A stretch of DNA of 64,000 nucleotides from Amoeboaphelidium protococcarum X5. Taxonomy: Eukaryota; Fungi; Aphelidiomycota. Positions 37,765 to 49,618 of this stretch are shown here, piece after piece. The stretch lies in NCBI GenBank assembly GCA_023515725.1, contig JALDTO010000275.1:21250-85249 (forward strand), given 5' to 3'. Every line of letters starts with the position of its first letter. The stretch's first letter is position 1. A model generated the notes under the pieces. The model was given only the letters and a program-made list of their open reading frames with translations, was not told the DNA's origin and ran no database searches. The position numbers and the translations under genes were made by a program.

Positions 37765-38496
37765 ATTATGAATATGGCGGGTACTAGTAACAATTATTGA
37801 AATCATCAAACTTTTTTCATTACTTGAAATCTTCTCCGTTGCATATATCATAATAGAATGTTGAGATAGCCATTCTCAGAGTCCATAGACGCTCTGTGGT
37901 CAAAGTATGTAGAAACCATCAAAGCAGTTCGCATTTTAAACAAAGTGTATGTTTTAACAAAGTGCTGCATCAGACATGAGACATGGTTCAGCATACACAA
38001 GTAAAAGGTGCGGAATGTACTCACAAGTAGATGGATACGATTGCGTCAACTGTTTCTCCCGAGTGCGAACAGAAAACAGAACCTGACTGCACATCAGGGA
38101 AACGTCGCCGCGTTGCAAGCGCGCACCTACCGCACGCGAGATAAAATGTAAAAGCGCGCGTGAGTCGGAAAGCTCAACCCACCGACGGGGCCCACGCCTC
38201 CTGGAAAATCGAGATATGATTCATCGGCGCTTTTCTGAGCGATCACTGTCCATCGCCGCCGCCCATCTTCGTATTCATCTCTCCTCAGCTGTTGCTTCTA
38301 TCTGTTGCTCTTTATATCGGCATCTTTCTCAGTCATCATCGTTTATTTATATTCAGGGAAAGACTGAGAGTCTAGAATCTGGTAAATATAGATATACTCT
38401 GCATCTGTTATCGTTTGTGTTTCTTTCAGCATCTGTATTTCGTCATTTAATCTATTCTATTTATCTGCCTACATTAGTATATATTTATTACTGAGA

Positions 38497-41400
38497 ATGA
38501 CGTCTCGCTTCAATGATCATCATCATCCTCATGGAAAGTCGGTGAAAAATGGAGTAATCGGAGATATTAGCGATTCTTTTAAAGAGTCTCGCCATGCAGT
38601 GTCCTCGCAACCTCAGTACGGTAAAGCTATTGGTAATAGTTAGGCGTATAGTCTCCCTATGAATAGTAGCGTCATCCCTGGCGGCGATTAGCAATGGTAG
38701 TAGTAGTAGTAGCAGCATGGTGGAACGCTGCACTTGAATGGTCAATAGATGTCATCATCTGCATCTTCTGTTGGGATCATGGCATCTAATGGCGGCTATC
38801 ATTTATAGTCCTCATCAATGACCATTGGTGGTGGTGGTGGTATCATTGATATCGGTGCTAGAATGTCTTAAGGGGACTCTATGCTGAATGATGGTTTTAT
38901 TGGAGTTGGGCTTCATGGAACTGCAGGCACATAGATGATGTCTACGAATTCGTTGTCTCATAGCGGTCTCAACAATGGTAATAATAATCATAATAGTAGA
39001 CCTGTTGTGTAAGTCAATCCTCCTTAACAGTAGTCACAGCCATAGCTTCATTTTGATGGACAACAACTACCTCTTCCCCCTAACGCTAACAGCTACAATA
39101 GCACTAGCAATATCTATAAAACTTTCACGCCACACAGTATGTCATACAATCCATATGTAACGTCTCACCCGATATCTGCATAGTCGACATAGTCGTCGTC
39201 GCCCATTGTGTATGGTTCAGGATCGCAGTCGTAGTAGTAGTAGCAGTATATGCGATAAGGATCCGTATAATAGTAGTAGTAGTAACAGTCACTTAATGAT
39301 GGTCAGTAGTCGTATTACTCTAACCACGCGAGCTATGTCAGTTCTTAGTAGCAGTATTCTTCACTTCGCGCGTAAACTGGAGATGCTGGATCATCTAACT
39401 ATGGTGTATCTGTTGCTAGTGGGCTTTACCGACCGCGTACTTCAAGTTCTTTATAATCTTAGCAGCAGTAGTAGTAGTCTTAGCCTCCGTAGATGGTTGA
39501 AGGGAGTGAAGAGTATAACGCGTAGATGGCTACGGTGCCTGAATTCATCAAGAAGATTTACAAAATGCTGGAGAGTAAAGTGTACTAGAACATCATAGAT
39601 TGGACTTCTACGGGGGAATCATTTATAGTTAAGGATCCCAATGAACTGGCCAAGATGGTATTGCCCAATGTGTTTAAACATTCAAATTTCGCATCCTTTG
39701 TACGCCAATTGAACAAGTATGATTTTCATAAGGTTAAGAATGGGGAGGATTTAAAGTTGTACAATGGCATGGCGTGGGAGTTTAATCATCCCAACTTCAA
39801 GAAGGGGCGGATCGATATTCTGCATAAGGTTAGGAGAAAGTCATAAAAGAAGATTGGTGGCGGTACTTCGATGGGTAAAGACGACTAGGACGGCATGGAC
39901 GATAATATTGGTGGCAGTACTGTGCATATAGGCAATAGTAATGGTAATGAGATGTCAAGGAAATCATCAGAAGATTTTGCAGAGGTGGAAGTGCCCAAGA
40001 GTGCCAATCCGGTTTCGTTAGAATCCTCTGATTTTCAGCTGAAAGTGGATAATCTTCTTGAATGTCAGTAGATTGTAACGTCCTAACTGCAGAGTATTAC
40101 AAATAGTTACTAGCTGATGTAGAACGAGGTTGGTCTTCTTAAAAAGGCAATATCGTCCTAATGCTTGCTGATGACCCAGATGGCTGAGGTGATTATTAGC
40201 GGGGCTCAGTAGAAGTAGCTGACTGTCTCTGACAAGATGCTAACTTCATTGATTAATTTCCTGTCTTCTTCTTCTTCTAATAGTGGTCAATTTGGTGTAC
40301 TCCCTTAAGAGAATGGTGGTATCAATCAGTAGGGGTAGTAGCAGCAGTAATAGATTCAGTCCGGTCTCATGTAGCCTATTCCAGCGACTGCTAATTTTGG
40401 TAATGATGGGGTGCCCGTTAATCTAGTGGCCAATTTAGTCGCTGATGCTCAGATTAGACTGCAAATGTAATAGCAGTAAAAATCCCAGCAGCAGAATGAG
40501 TAAAATGGTAACAGCTAGTAAACTTCTGGCCATGGTGCATCTGCAAATGCCGGCAAATCTGGCAATTACCATAATCACCACCATCATTAGCAATAAACTA
40601 GTGCTTAGTAAAAGCTCTCTCAGTCACATAAGAGGGAACATTCTTGGACCTCGGCGCCTAAAGTTCTGCTGGTCGAAGATGATCCTACTTGTAGGACTCT
40701 GTCTTCAAAGTTGTTGTAAATTTTTGGCTGTAAATTCGATGTTGTCACTGACGGGCTTGCTGCTGTCAACAAGATGAATTTTGACAAGTATGATCTAGTT
40801 TTGATGGACATTATGATGCCGACTCTGGACGGTGTATCTGCGACTCATCACATCAGACAATTTGACAAACTCACTCCGATCATCTCAATGACTGGAAATA
40901 CAACTGAACGTGACTTGAAGGTCTATCTCAACACTGGAATGACTGACATTCTACCCAAGCCTTTCTCAAAGGCCTCGCTGCTTGACATTCTGGAGAGATA
41001 CTGTAGCCATTTAGTCTCTGCCAAGTTTGAGGAGAACTTTAAGAATAATCCAATGCTTTTTGATTAGAACTCGTTGTTTAGTTCGTTGCGTAGTAATCCT
41101 AATCCGTTTGATTCACTCACCTCCTTGTACTTGGGCAATATCAGTATTGATGGTAGTATTTTGACTTTGGAAGATGATGAACAGAATGGTGTCAAGAGCG
41201 GTGATAATAAAGATAGGGATAGATCTTTATCTGAGCTCACCTCCACTTCATTGTCGTAGCTGTTGTCTACTGTTAAAGGGTTTAATGTATTGCCGTCTAG
41301 CGGTGGTGCGACTAATCCTCCGTCACTCACTAACACTGTTACTTCCGAGTCTGAACCCAAGATTATAGAGCTGAAAGACGATGTTTTGATGGATTAATAA

Positions 41401-41721
41401 TAAACTCATGATGCTGATTTGGAGGCGGATATGGCGTTGGACCAGCTGGCGTCTAATTAGAAGGGGAATCGTAGTAGTGGCTCACATAGATCCAATTCAT
41501 CTGGTAGTCAGCATAGTGCGAAATCTTCCACTGGTAAGCGCCCCATTGACGATAGTGGTGAAGTTGAAAGAAGTATGGGGAAGAGGAGTAGCTCTGCAAT
41601 ACAGTACTCAGAGTAATAGCCAGGCTTATAAAGTGTCAAAGGACAAGTTTAATTTACAAATGGCAGCAGTGCGGCAAATTTAAAAGCTAATAGTCACAAG
41701 AGAAAAAAGACTAGTACGTGA
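38497..41721 (+). CDS. SKN7: HSF-type DNA-binding + receiver-domain response regulator, Skn7/Prr1 (1074 aa)
   Basis: HSF domain FIKKIYKML..FKHSNFASFVRQLNKYDFHKV..WEF; receiver domain VLLVEDD..YDLVLMDIMMP..PIISMT..LPKPF. Confidence 0.92.
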
Positions 41722-41809
41722 TGAAAACAATAATAAGTAAGAGTCAATAAAATCATTCTATTGAATACATTATTTTTATTTGAACACATCACCTACCTGC
41801 TTTCATCGA

Positions 41810-42635
41810 TCAATCTAGCAACTCTGCAATCTTATATAAATGTTCAAGTATTGCCTCCTTGATAGCTGGTAGTGTAAACGCGTTCATAGTACTGGACTTG
41901 GAAGTTTATATCGCGACCAAGACATACTACACACATCTCAAGACAATATTATTATTTTAGTCTTTGATACATTCAATAATAACCTTACGTGTTGTTCAAT
42001 GATGAATAAACAGTAGAGACACGAGTCACCACTCATATAAGCAGATAGAATGTTGGCATTCTTACTTGAGGTGAATAAATCTCCTACACATCTTATTACT
42101 ATTACAAGCAATGTCATAACACTGAGTGAGAGAAGAATCAATACTCACCTATCAACTTCGATGCATGATACCATTAATGAACCAGATCGGTATCAGGCAT
42201 GCACATATTGATGCTGGCAGACTATTTATTGGTGGCAGTAGACGACGTGGTATCACTCACAGTTGCCACACGGTCAGAATCTCGAGTGTTTGAACTCTTA
42301 GCGGTGCTCTTTCGCTCCGTGTTGCCCTTTTTAGGCCCGTGATATGATTTGAACTTTTCAACAACTGCACTCAATTACTGAGCCTTGTTAACGCCACCAT
42401 CTTTGCGCCTGTCTGCGGGTTGTTATTGTACAGACTATTTCCCCACCAGATCTGATCCGAGTGATCCGCAGCTAATGCCCACATTGTCACTTCCCTCCAC
42501 AGCAGGTGGCAGTGAAAGAACTGTGCGAATCAGCGACTTGACATCCAAACAGATTTACTCAAGCTGCTTCTTCTTAAGAGGGGCTAATTTGTATTACTTC
42601 TTCTTGGAACTTGGTCCAAAACAGCTCGAGAACAT
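41810..42635 (-). CDS. Hypothetical protein, possible roadblock/longin-like C-terminal domain; introns 42084-42148 and 41927-41988 (232 aa)
   Basis: ATG at 42635. Two GT..TGTAG introns (65 and 62 nt) remove in-frame TGAs and give a continuous ORF ending AIKEAILEHLYKIAELLD-TGA. Confidence 0.6.
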
Positions 42636-42859
42636 TAGAATAAGATATATAAGTATCTGCGCAATTATATCAAAATATTAAACTAAAGCGATACAACTAT
42701 AGCAATAATTGCCGAGACAATGACTCTGGACAGTACTGTAATGAAGGTGAGAATTTTCGACTTGAAACAGCAGAACAAATTCGGCGATAAATATTCTTTA
42801 GATTCTTTGCTCGCTTTCGAACAACAAGGACGCGTTCAGTGCAGGTAATACAACTAGTG

Positions 42860-44425
42860 ATGCAGAAATCATATATAATGTTTAATCGCGGACTGTTAGC
42901 AAATTAGTTATGGCTGCTGGTCTTAGTGTTAACAAGCAGCGTATAGTCCAATGTTTATCGACATAATTACAAGTATGCGCTAAAGTAGCCGTACACATAC
43001 CAGAAGGATCACAGCATGCCGTTCTATACCGCCCATGGAAGTGCTTAGGTATCTCATGAAGTTGTGCGACTCACCAACTAGGGAATGAGCGATAACAGAG
43101 GTATGATTTGGTCTAAGCAGCCTTATAAGTTACAGGGCGAGTAATCTAGTGTTGAATATGGATTCCGCGTCAACATCTCTGTCAGTGTTGGTGGCACGGA
43201 TCAGACGGCTGGTAAAGGATTCGCTCTATTCATGACCAGTTCGCGTCCAAGTTATATTGCTGATTAAAACTTGCCTGATGGTGCGAATTTGGGTAACTTT
43301 TTTGCTGGTCATTCTCATAATGAGCCGGTCGATGGTGTAGTTGTGGTGTTCAGTTCTGTGGCTAGCGAAGGTGGTGGAAGTCGCAATATGCCGTTTGTGT
43401 ACGCTCTGGCACTTAATCAGGCTTACCTGTCTTTGCATTCGGAAGATGAACTTATCAGAAAGTACAGTCTTGGTGGATGCTACAACTAGTATAGAAATGT
43501 AGGTCAGCAGCAGAGTAAGGTGTACGTGGACTATCGGAATGATGTGTTTAGTGTTTACATTGGTGATCAAGCACAACCGTGCGTGTTCAACTCCAAAGTC
43601 TCAGAAAAGATTGATTTTAGGAAATTGTTATCCAGTGATGGTGTCTATCTGGGTCTTGGTGCATCTACTATGCCAGTTTCGGGTGATCAACATGACCTGC
43701 ACTCTATTGACGTCTTCGATTTTTTTGAGCCTATTGTGGATGCTGAACCGGTGGATCATCACAAGAAACATGTCTTGACTGAGGATGATAATAGGCTCTT
43801 TGATGAAATTCATCACAAGATTGAGAATCTCAGACATCATCAAGATGGTGACGCTGTGCATTCTTCATAGACAACAGATCAACCGATTGGTATAGGATCA
43901 GCATCTATGGAGAAGTTGGTGAACAGCGTACGCGAAGTTGAATTCCGTATTCTGAACAAGTTGGATGACGTTCTCACTAGGCTGAATGTTGGTAATGGTG
44001 ATGGTTCACAGTAGCCTATTGCTGGTGCAGGAAGTGGCGATGGCGGTCTGTCTACTAAAGTTGACCATCTTGAGTAGATGACCAGCCAGGTGTTGAGTCT
44101 GTTGCAACAAATGGCCAATTACTTGACCCACTAATAGAATGAAGCAGGAGGTGGCGCGTAATCAAAGGAAGACTTGCGCCAGTTGTAGAATCAACTCCAT
44201 TAACTTCACTCCACCGTCTCAGATTCCAAGCAGAAGATGGATCAAGTACATTAGTAGATCAATGATCCGCTGCACAGACGCCACTGGTTCAATGAATCAA
44301 GCTTCTGGTACGGTTTGGCACTGTTCATCATTGCCCAACTGGTCCTCACTTTTATGTATGGAAGGTTTATGCGTGGCCCAGTGGAACAGAACAAGAAATT
44401 TCTGTAAGCTAATCCATTCATCTGA
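42860..44425 (+). CDS. L-type lectin cargo receptor, ERGIC-53/Emp47-like (521 aa; alternative start 42878)
   Basis: Signal peptide, YKYALKQPY, VRLT..RGMIWSK, GKGFALF, YLGLGAST..DQHD, coiled-coil, C-terminal TM followed by KKFL. Confidence 0.85.
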
Positions 44426-45119
44426 TTACCACAATAATCAGCGTGTCTATCTATATACAATATTCTTACTTTTATTTTTGTAGTTGAACACTGTACTGTG
44501 AGTCTTAGGTGAATAAAATTTAAATCTTTATTTATACTGATTTTACATCCTAGACTAACATTGTTTATATACTGTGGATGGGTCTATTGATGAGGTTCGA
44601 TACATTCACGCGCTCTTGCAGGTATATCTCTCGTTAAAGCAGTTATACAGTAGAATTCCCGCGTAGAATAACTCCAAATTCAATAGATGCAGAAATATAC
44701 ATAGACTGTTAATTCATGATAATTATATCTTGAGAGTATGTACTCCATAGACACCAAGCCAGACAGTATACCAGACGGACACCGTGACTTTACGTGTATG
44801 CGCCGCTTTTGTTTCAGCGGCTTGCCTTCTGGCAGTGATCGCTCTTCCTCACAGTCAGTCAGTCAGTCAGCCAAACGTCGTCGCTCTCTGTGTCATTTTG
44901 TTTTTCTCCAGTTCCGTCCGTCTTTGTTCTGTTCGCCCGTTCGTTCGTTTCGTTCGTTCATTCTTCAGTCTTTACTTCATTACTTTTACTGTACTCCAGG
45001 GTATAGATTGACAATTCAGGCGTCTGTCTATTCTTCACTCTTAGTATTCCTCCAATTTGAACATTTCCGACTCTTAAAAACTATTATTTTGAACTATTGT
45101 AATAAAGGAAAGTGAAAAT

Positions 45120-46385
45120 ATGAGCAGATTACCGCCTGTTGTGATGGATAATGGTACTGGGTATACCAAGTTGGGATATGCTGGAAACAATGACCCGCAA
45201 TTTATTATCCCGTCAGCGATTGCTGTGAAGGAGAGTGGTGGAGGTGCTCAAGCCTCCGCTGCCGGTAAGACTGGTAATGTTAAAAAGGGAATTGAAGATT
45301 TGGACTTTTACATTGGAGATGAAGCGTTCGCTAATCAGAAGACCTACTCCCTTTAGTATCCGATTCGCCATGGTCAGATTGAGAACTGGGACTGGATGGA
45401 GAGATACTGGGAGTAGAGTATCTTCAAGTACATGCGCTGTGAACCGGAAGACCATGCTTTCCTTCTCACTGAACCGCCTTTGAATGCTCCTGAGAATAGG
45501 GAGTACACTGCGGAGATCTTCTTTGAGAGTTTCAATGTTCCCGGTTTGTATATTGCTGTGTAGGCAGTTCTGGCTCTGGCCGCCTCTTGGACTTCGAGCA
45601 AGGTGTCTGACCAGACTCTGACTGGTTGTGTCATCGATAGTGGTGATGGTGTTACGCACGTTATTCCTGTGGCTGAAGGTTATGTCATTGGCTCTGCTCT
45701 AAAGCACATACCAATCGCCGGTCGTGACATCACATACTTTGTGCAATAACTGTTGCGTGAGCGTGAGAATAGTATTCCACCTGAAGAGTCTTTGGAAGTG
45801 GCCAAGCGCATCAAGGAAATGTACAGCTACGTGTGTCCAGACATTGTGAAAGAGTTCAAGAAGTTTGATGCTGAGCCGGATAAGTATTTCAAGAAGTATG
45901 TGGGACACCATTCTGTGACAAAGAAGCCGTATGAAGTGGATGTTGGATATGAGCGTTTCCTTGGTCCAGAGATCTTCTTCAGTCCGGAGATTGCCAGTGC
46001 TGATTTCTTGACTCCACTCGGTGATGTGGTGGACTAGACCATTCAGAACAGTCCGATTGATACTCGTCGTGGTTTGTACCGTAATGTTGTGCTGTCTGGT
46101 GGTTCTACGATGTACAAAGATTTTAGCAGAAGATTACAGCGTGATATCAAGCGCCTGGTAGATGCCCGTCAGAAGAGAAGCGAATCGCTGCAGACGCAGA
46201 TCAAGGCCAAGCCGATGGAGGTGAACGTGATTTCGCACAAGAAGCAGCGCTATGCCGTGTGGTTTGGTGGCTCTCTACTGGCAGACACTCCCGAGTTCTA
46301 CAGCTACTGTCATACAAAGGCTGATTATGAAGAGTATGGTCCGTCTATTTGTAGATACAATCGTGTTCTTGGTGGCATTTAGTGA
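45120..46385 (+). CDS. ARP3: Actin-related protein 3 (421 aa)
   Basis: [46 protein letters not shown] (Q = TAG at 45561), [20 protein letters not shown]; ends TAG TGA. Confidence 0.98.
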
Positions 46386-46654
46386 GCGGTATTGGTCGGT
46401 TTGTGCATACGTGGTGTTGGTGGTGGTAGGTAAGATTATGAGTAAGTGAGTGAGTGAGTGGAGCGTCCGGTTATTATAAAAACGAACTATTTTTTGTAAA
46501 TTTACTTTATTTTTCTTACTGATTATTAATACTATATTAAAATCTCGATTACAGATTATTGTTGTATTGCCACCTCTACTCTTCTTTTACTACAGTTGCT
46601 CTCCGTTAAAACACAAGTCTAGCAAAGAATTGTTCTATGCTGCCAGACAATCAC

Positions 46655-48799
46655 TCATTCAATGTCAACTGGTACATTCAATTGTACAATATCCACACCT
46701 TCAGTGTAGTATGATCCAATATATGCACCGATAGTCAGGTATATGTCTACATTCAGTTTACCTACTGCGGCGGACAGCATTGCAGATATTGAAGACGCAT
46801 TGACAGAAATCGCAACTGGAATATTAGGGCTTAGCACCAAAGTATTCGGAGGAACACATATAAGAGATTCCAAGATTGGTAGCTTATCATTTGCATCTTC
46901 GTCATCAACATCCAGCTAGAACATGCTTCCACTATTCGCCGTCTCATAACCATCCATATCAGAGGCATTGCTGATAGTTGGATTACGCACAAGTTTTCTC
47001 TATTATAACACGTCTTTACTAAAGCTAGTGCTTACTGCTGCATTTAATGTCTCTTCACTCAGCTAGGATTACTGATGGTATTGCAGCTACTTTGGCTAAT
47101 CTCTGCGCTCCAAAATCTTTTCAATTCCAGTCTTATTCTTCATCCATCTATCCCGTCGTACATCAGCATCCAGAGTGCCAATCTTCATCCCTGGCTACAG
47201 CTGACTACCGAAACTATTGGTCTTGGTAGTCTGAGTATATCCCGTGGATCTAGATTGCGATCGACCCATTCCATCCACACTATCACTACTACCCAATCTG
47301 GGAATAGAAGACTTGCGCGCGAAACCTTTAGACAGTGGTTATTACTAAGACTATTACTCTGATAGTTGTAAATCCTACTCTTCCAACTTTTACTACTACT
47401 AAGATGAAGATGACTAAGACAAATACATTTCCCCTTTGGCCCAGATTATACTCACAGTGTCATGGAAAGGCTACTGGATCACAACAGCAGAATCGACAGT
47501 GCCCAGACTGGATAATCCTCTACCCACAAGATTGCCTACAGGATTCTTAAAAGTGTCCCAGAGACGAAGTTTACAGCGAGTGATCAGCTTACTGTCAACA
47601 TCGCTTAATGGTGGCATAACTGAAGGTATAACCAAAGACGGAAACACTGGTGACAGATAATCAAGGCCGTATTGTGGGAAGTCCATCAATGAACTCTAGC
47701 TTCCCATCATGATCACCTCAGATGCAACACCATTAATGTGATTAGACAAGAGCTTCAGTGCTGGCTTATACCCAGGTGGTGGGTGAAAGAGGCATTTGGC
47801 ATTTAGTTAATTCCATCCAGGTAGAAGCTGCATCTTGGCAATAATCACGCTACCAATGACCGGCCCATACTACAAATCTGATCCATAATCATTGAACTCG
47901 CTATCATCCTGACCACCATCACTATACTCATCTCCCATATCATCAACATTATCATAATCACCACCTCCATCCTCATCCTAAGACATGAGAAGATTTCTAT
48001 CAATATGAATCTCAAACATGACTTTACCCAATGACATTGAACAAGCAGATGGATTATAAATTTCAACTTTCGTATCCAACTCCAAATGTTAAGTGGTTCC
48101 CTTCTTCACCTGGACGCTCTGAATGACATTTTCAGTCAATCCATGCATACCATCCATCACAATGTTGGATGGATTGAATTTAAGTGAGTATACTGGCAGC
48201 AGACCGAATACATACAGATCCACTTGGCACTTTAGATCAACATAGGCATGACTAGATGTCAGTAACTAACGGCAAAAATGTATAAATTCTAATCGATTCT
48301 TAACGTTGACGATCAGATTATTTTACGTGATAGAAAATCCTTCAGATGGTGATGAAGATGCGCCCAGAGGAACATGGACTGGATTCATGGCAAGCGTCGC
48401 CATACAGAGATCATCATCAGTGATAGATTGCGGCGATGACAACCCATTTAACATCTTTTATTAACCATCATCATCAGCTTGGTACATGGCAGGAGAAGCG
48501 ATAACAACTGCATCTAAATCATTACTGCCAGAAGCGCCCTGTCTATTATAAAACATCTACCCGGGCCGTCTAAACTTGACTATACAGCTGATCCACGACG
48601 GCACGTTAAGCATTGTAGCCTGCAGATCCACATTCACCTAGCCATCTTATCTGAAATTGTAGAAGGCCAACTGCTTGATCCTGAGTCCAATTCTATTCAT
48701 TATAATCTAAGATATCCATTTCACAACTATGATTGTAAGTGCAGGTATACCAATTGAAGCCAGTACCACATACAGAACAACATTAGTGTTGGAGAGCAT
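46655..48799 (-). CDS. Membrane-anchored DUF3712/Tag1-like (LEA_2-related) protein (714 aa)
   Basis: N-terminal TM; MDGMHGL, VEIYNPSACSMSLGKVMFEI, IGSVIIAKMQLLPGWN; fragments share one frame to TGA 46657-46655. Confidence 0.6.
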
Positions 48800-49618
48800 C
48801 TTGAGTCTATTACGAATGAAAGTTTGCACTATACGGACCAAATTTCCTCGCGTAGACAGTTGTAAATTCTGCTTGGACAGTAGTTATTACGAAGACATAT
48901 ATAGCAAAATTTCAAGTGAAAGCTTACTTACTCCAACAATCCTATATTCTATTGTATAACCGACACAGAAATTGCAGTCAACGGTGAGCCGTGGGAGATA
49001 GACAGCGTGAGTGATGAGACGCAGAAGGAATGAAGCAGCGAGCGTTGACCGTTTCAAGGCGCGTGCATTTCACCCGTTAAATGTACCGTAGAATTTTCAA
49101 CCCTGTGAATGATTGATGATTCAAGTGATTTTAATGTTAGACATTCCACCTTGTGATTTAATATTAGCAATAGATGCTTATTTCAAACCATAAGAGTCTG
49201 GTCTGGACGGTACTGTGAAATTCAAAACCTTAAAGTTCTTTTTTGGAGTTTTGATTAGTCTTTTAATCGTTACTTTTGAATGCAATTGCGGTGCTTATGC
49301 AATATCTTAAAACCTAAGGTACATTTCCCATAAAGACCTTTTTTCGAATCATTGTCATCTGGTACATTAGGATATCAATTTCTTGTGTAATACAGCTATT
49401 TAAGCACTAGAACGCGTTCAGAGTGTTTTAGTATATAGCGGAAAAGCTTGGCTAGTCCTGTGGATTAAACGGGAAATGTCAGATTCAAGTTTGAAACTCA
49501 GATCAAAGGGGTAGGAAAAGTGTCTAGTATTTTCCGTATGACCATGAATTTTAATTGTACAAGATATCATTTCCTTTTTTTAAAAAGATAACTATTTAAT
49601 CCTGAAATTGTTGATCTG

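Noticed and set aside
41927-42148. In-frame TGA codons suggesting selenocysteine or TGA readthrough (also at 12256 and 4265)
   Set aside because: Each is explained by a frame-restoring GT-AG intron.
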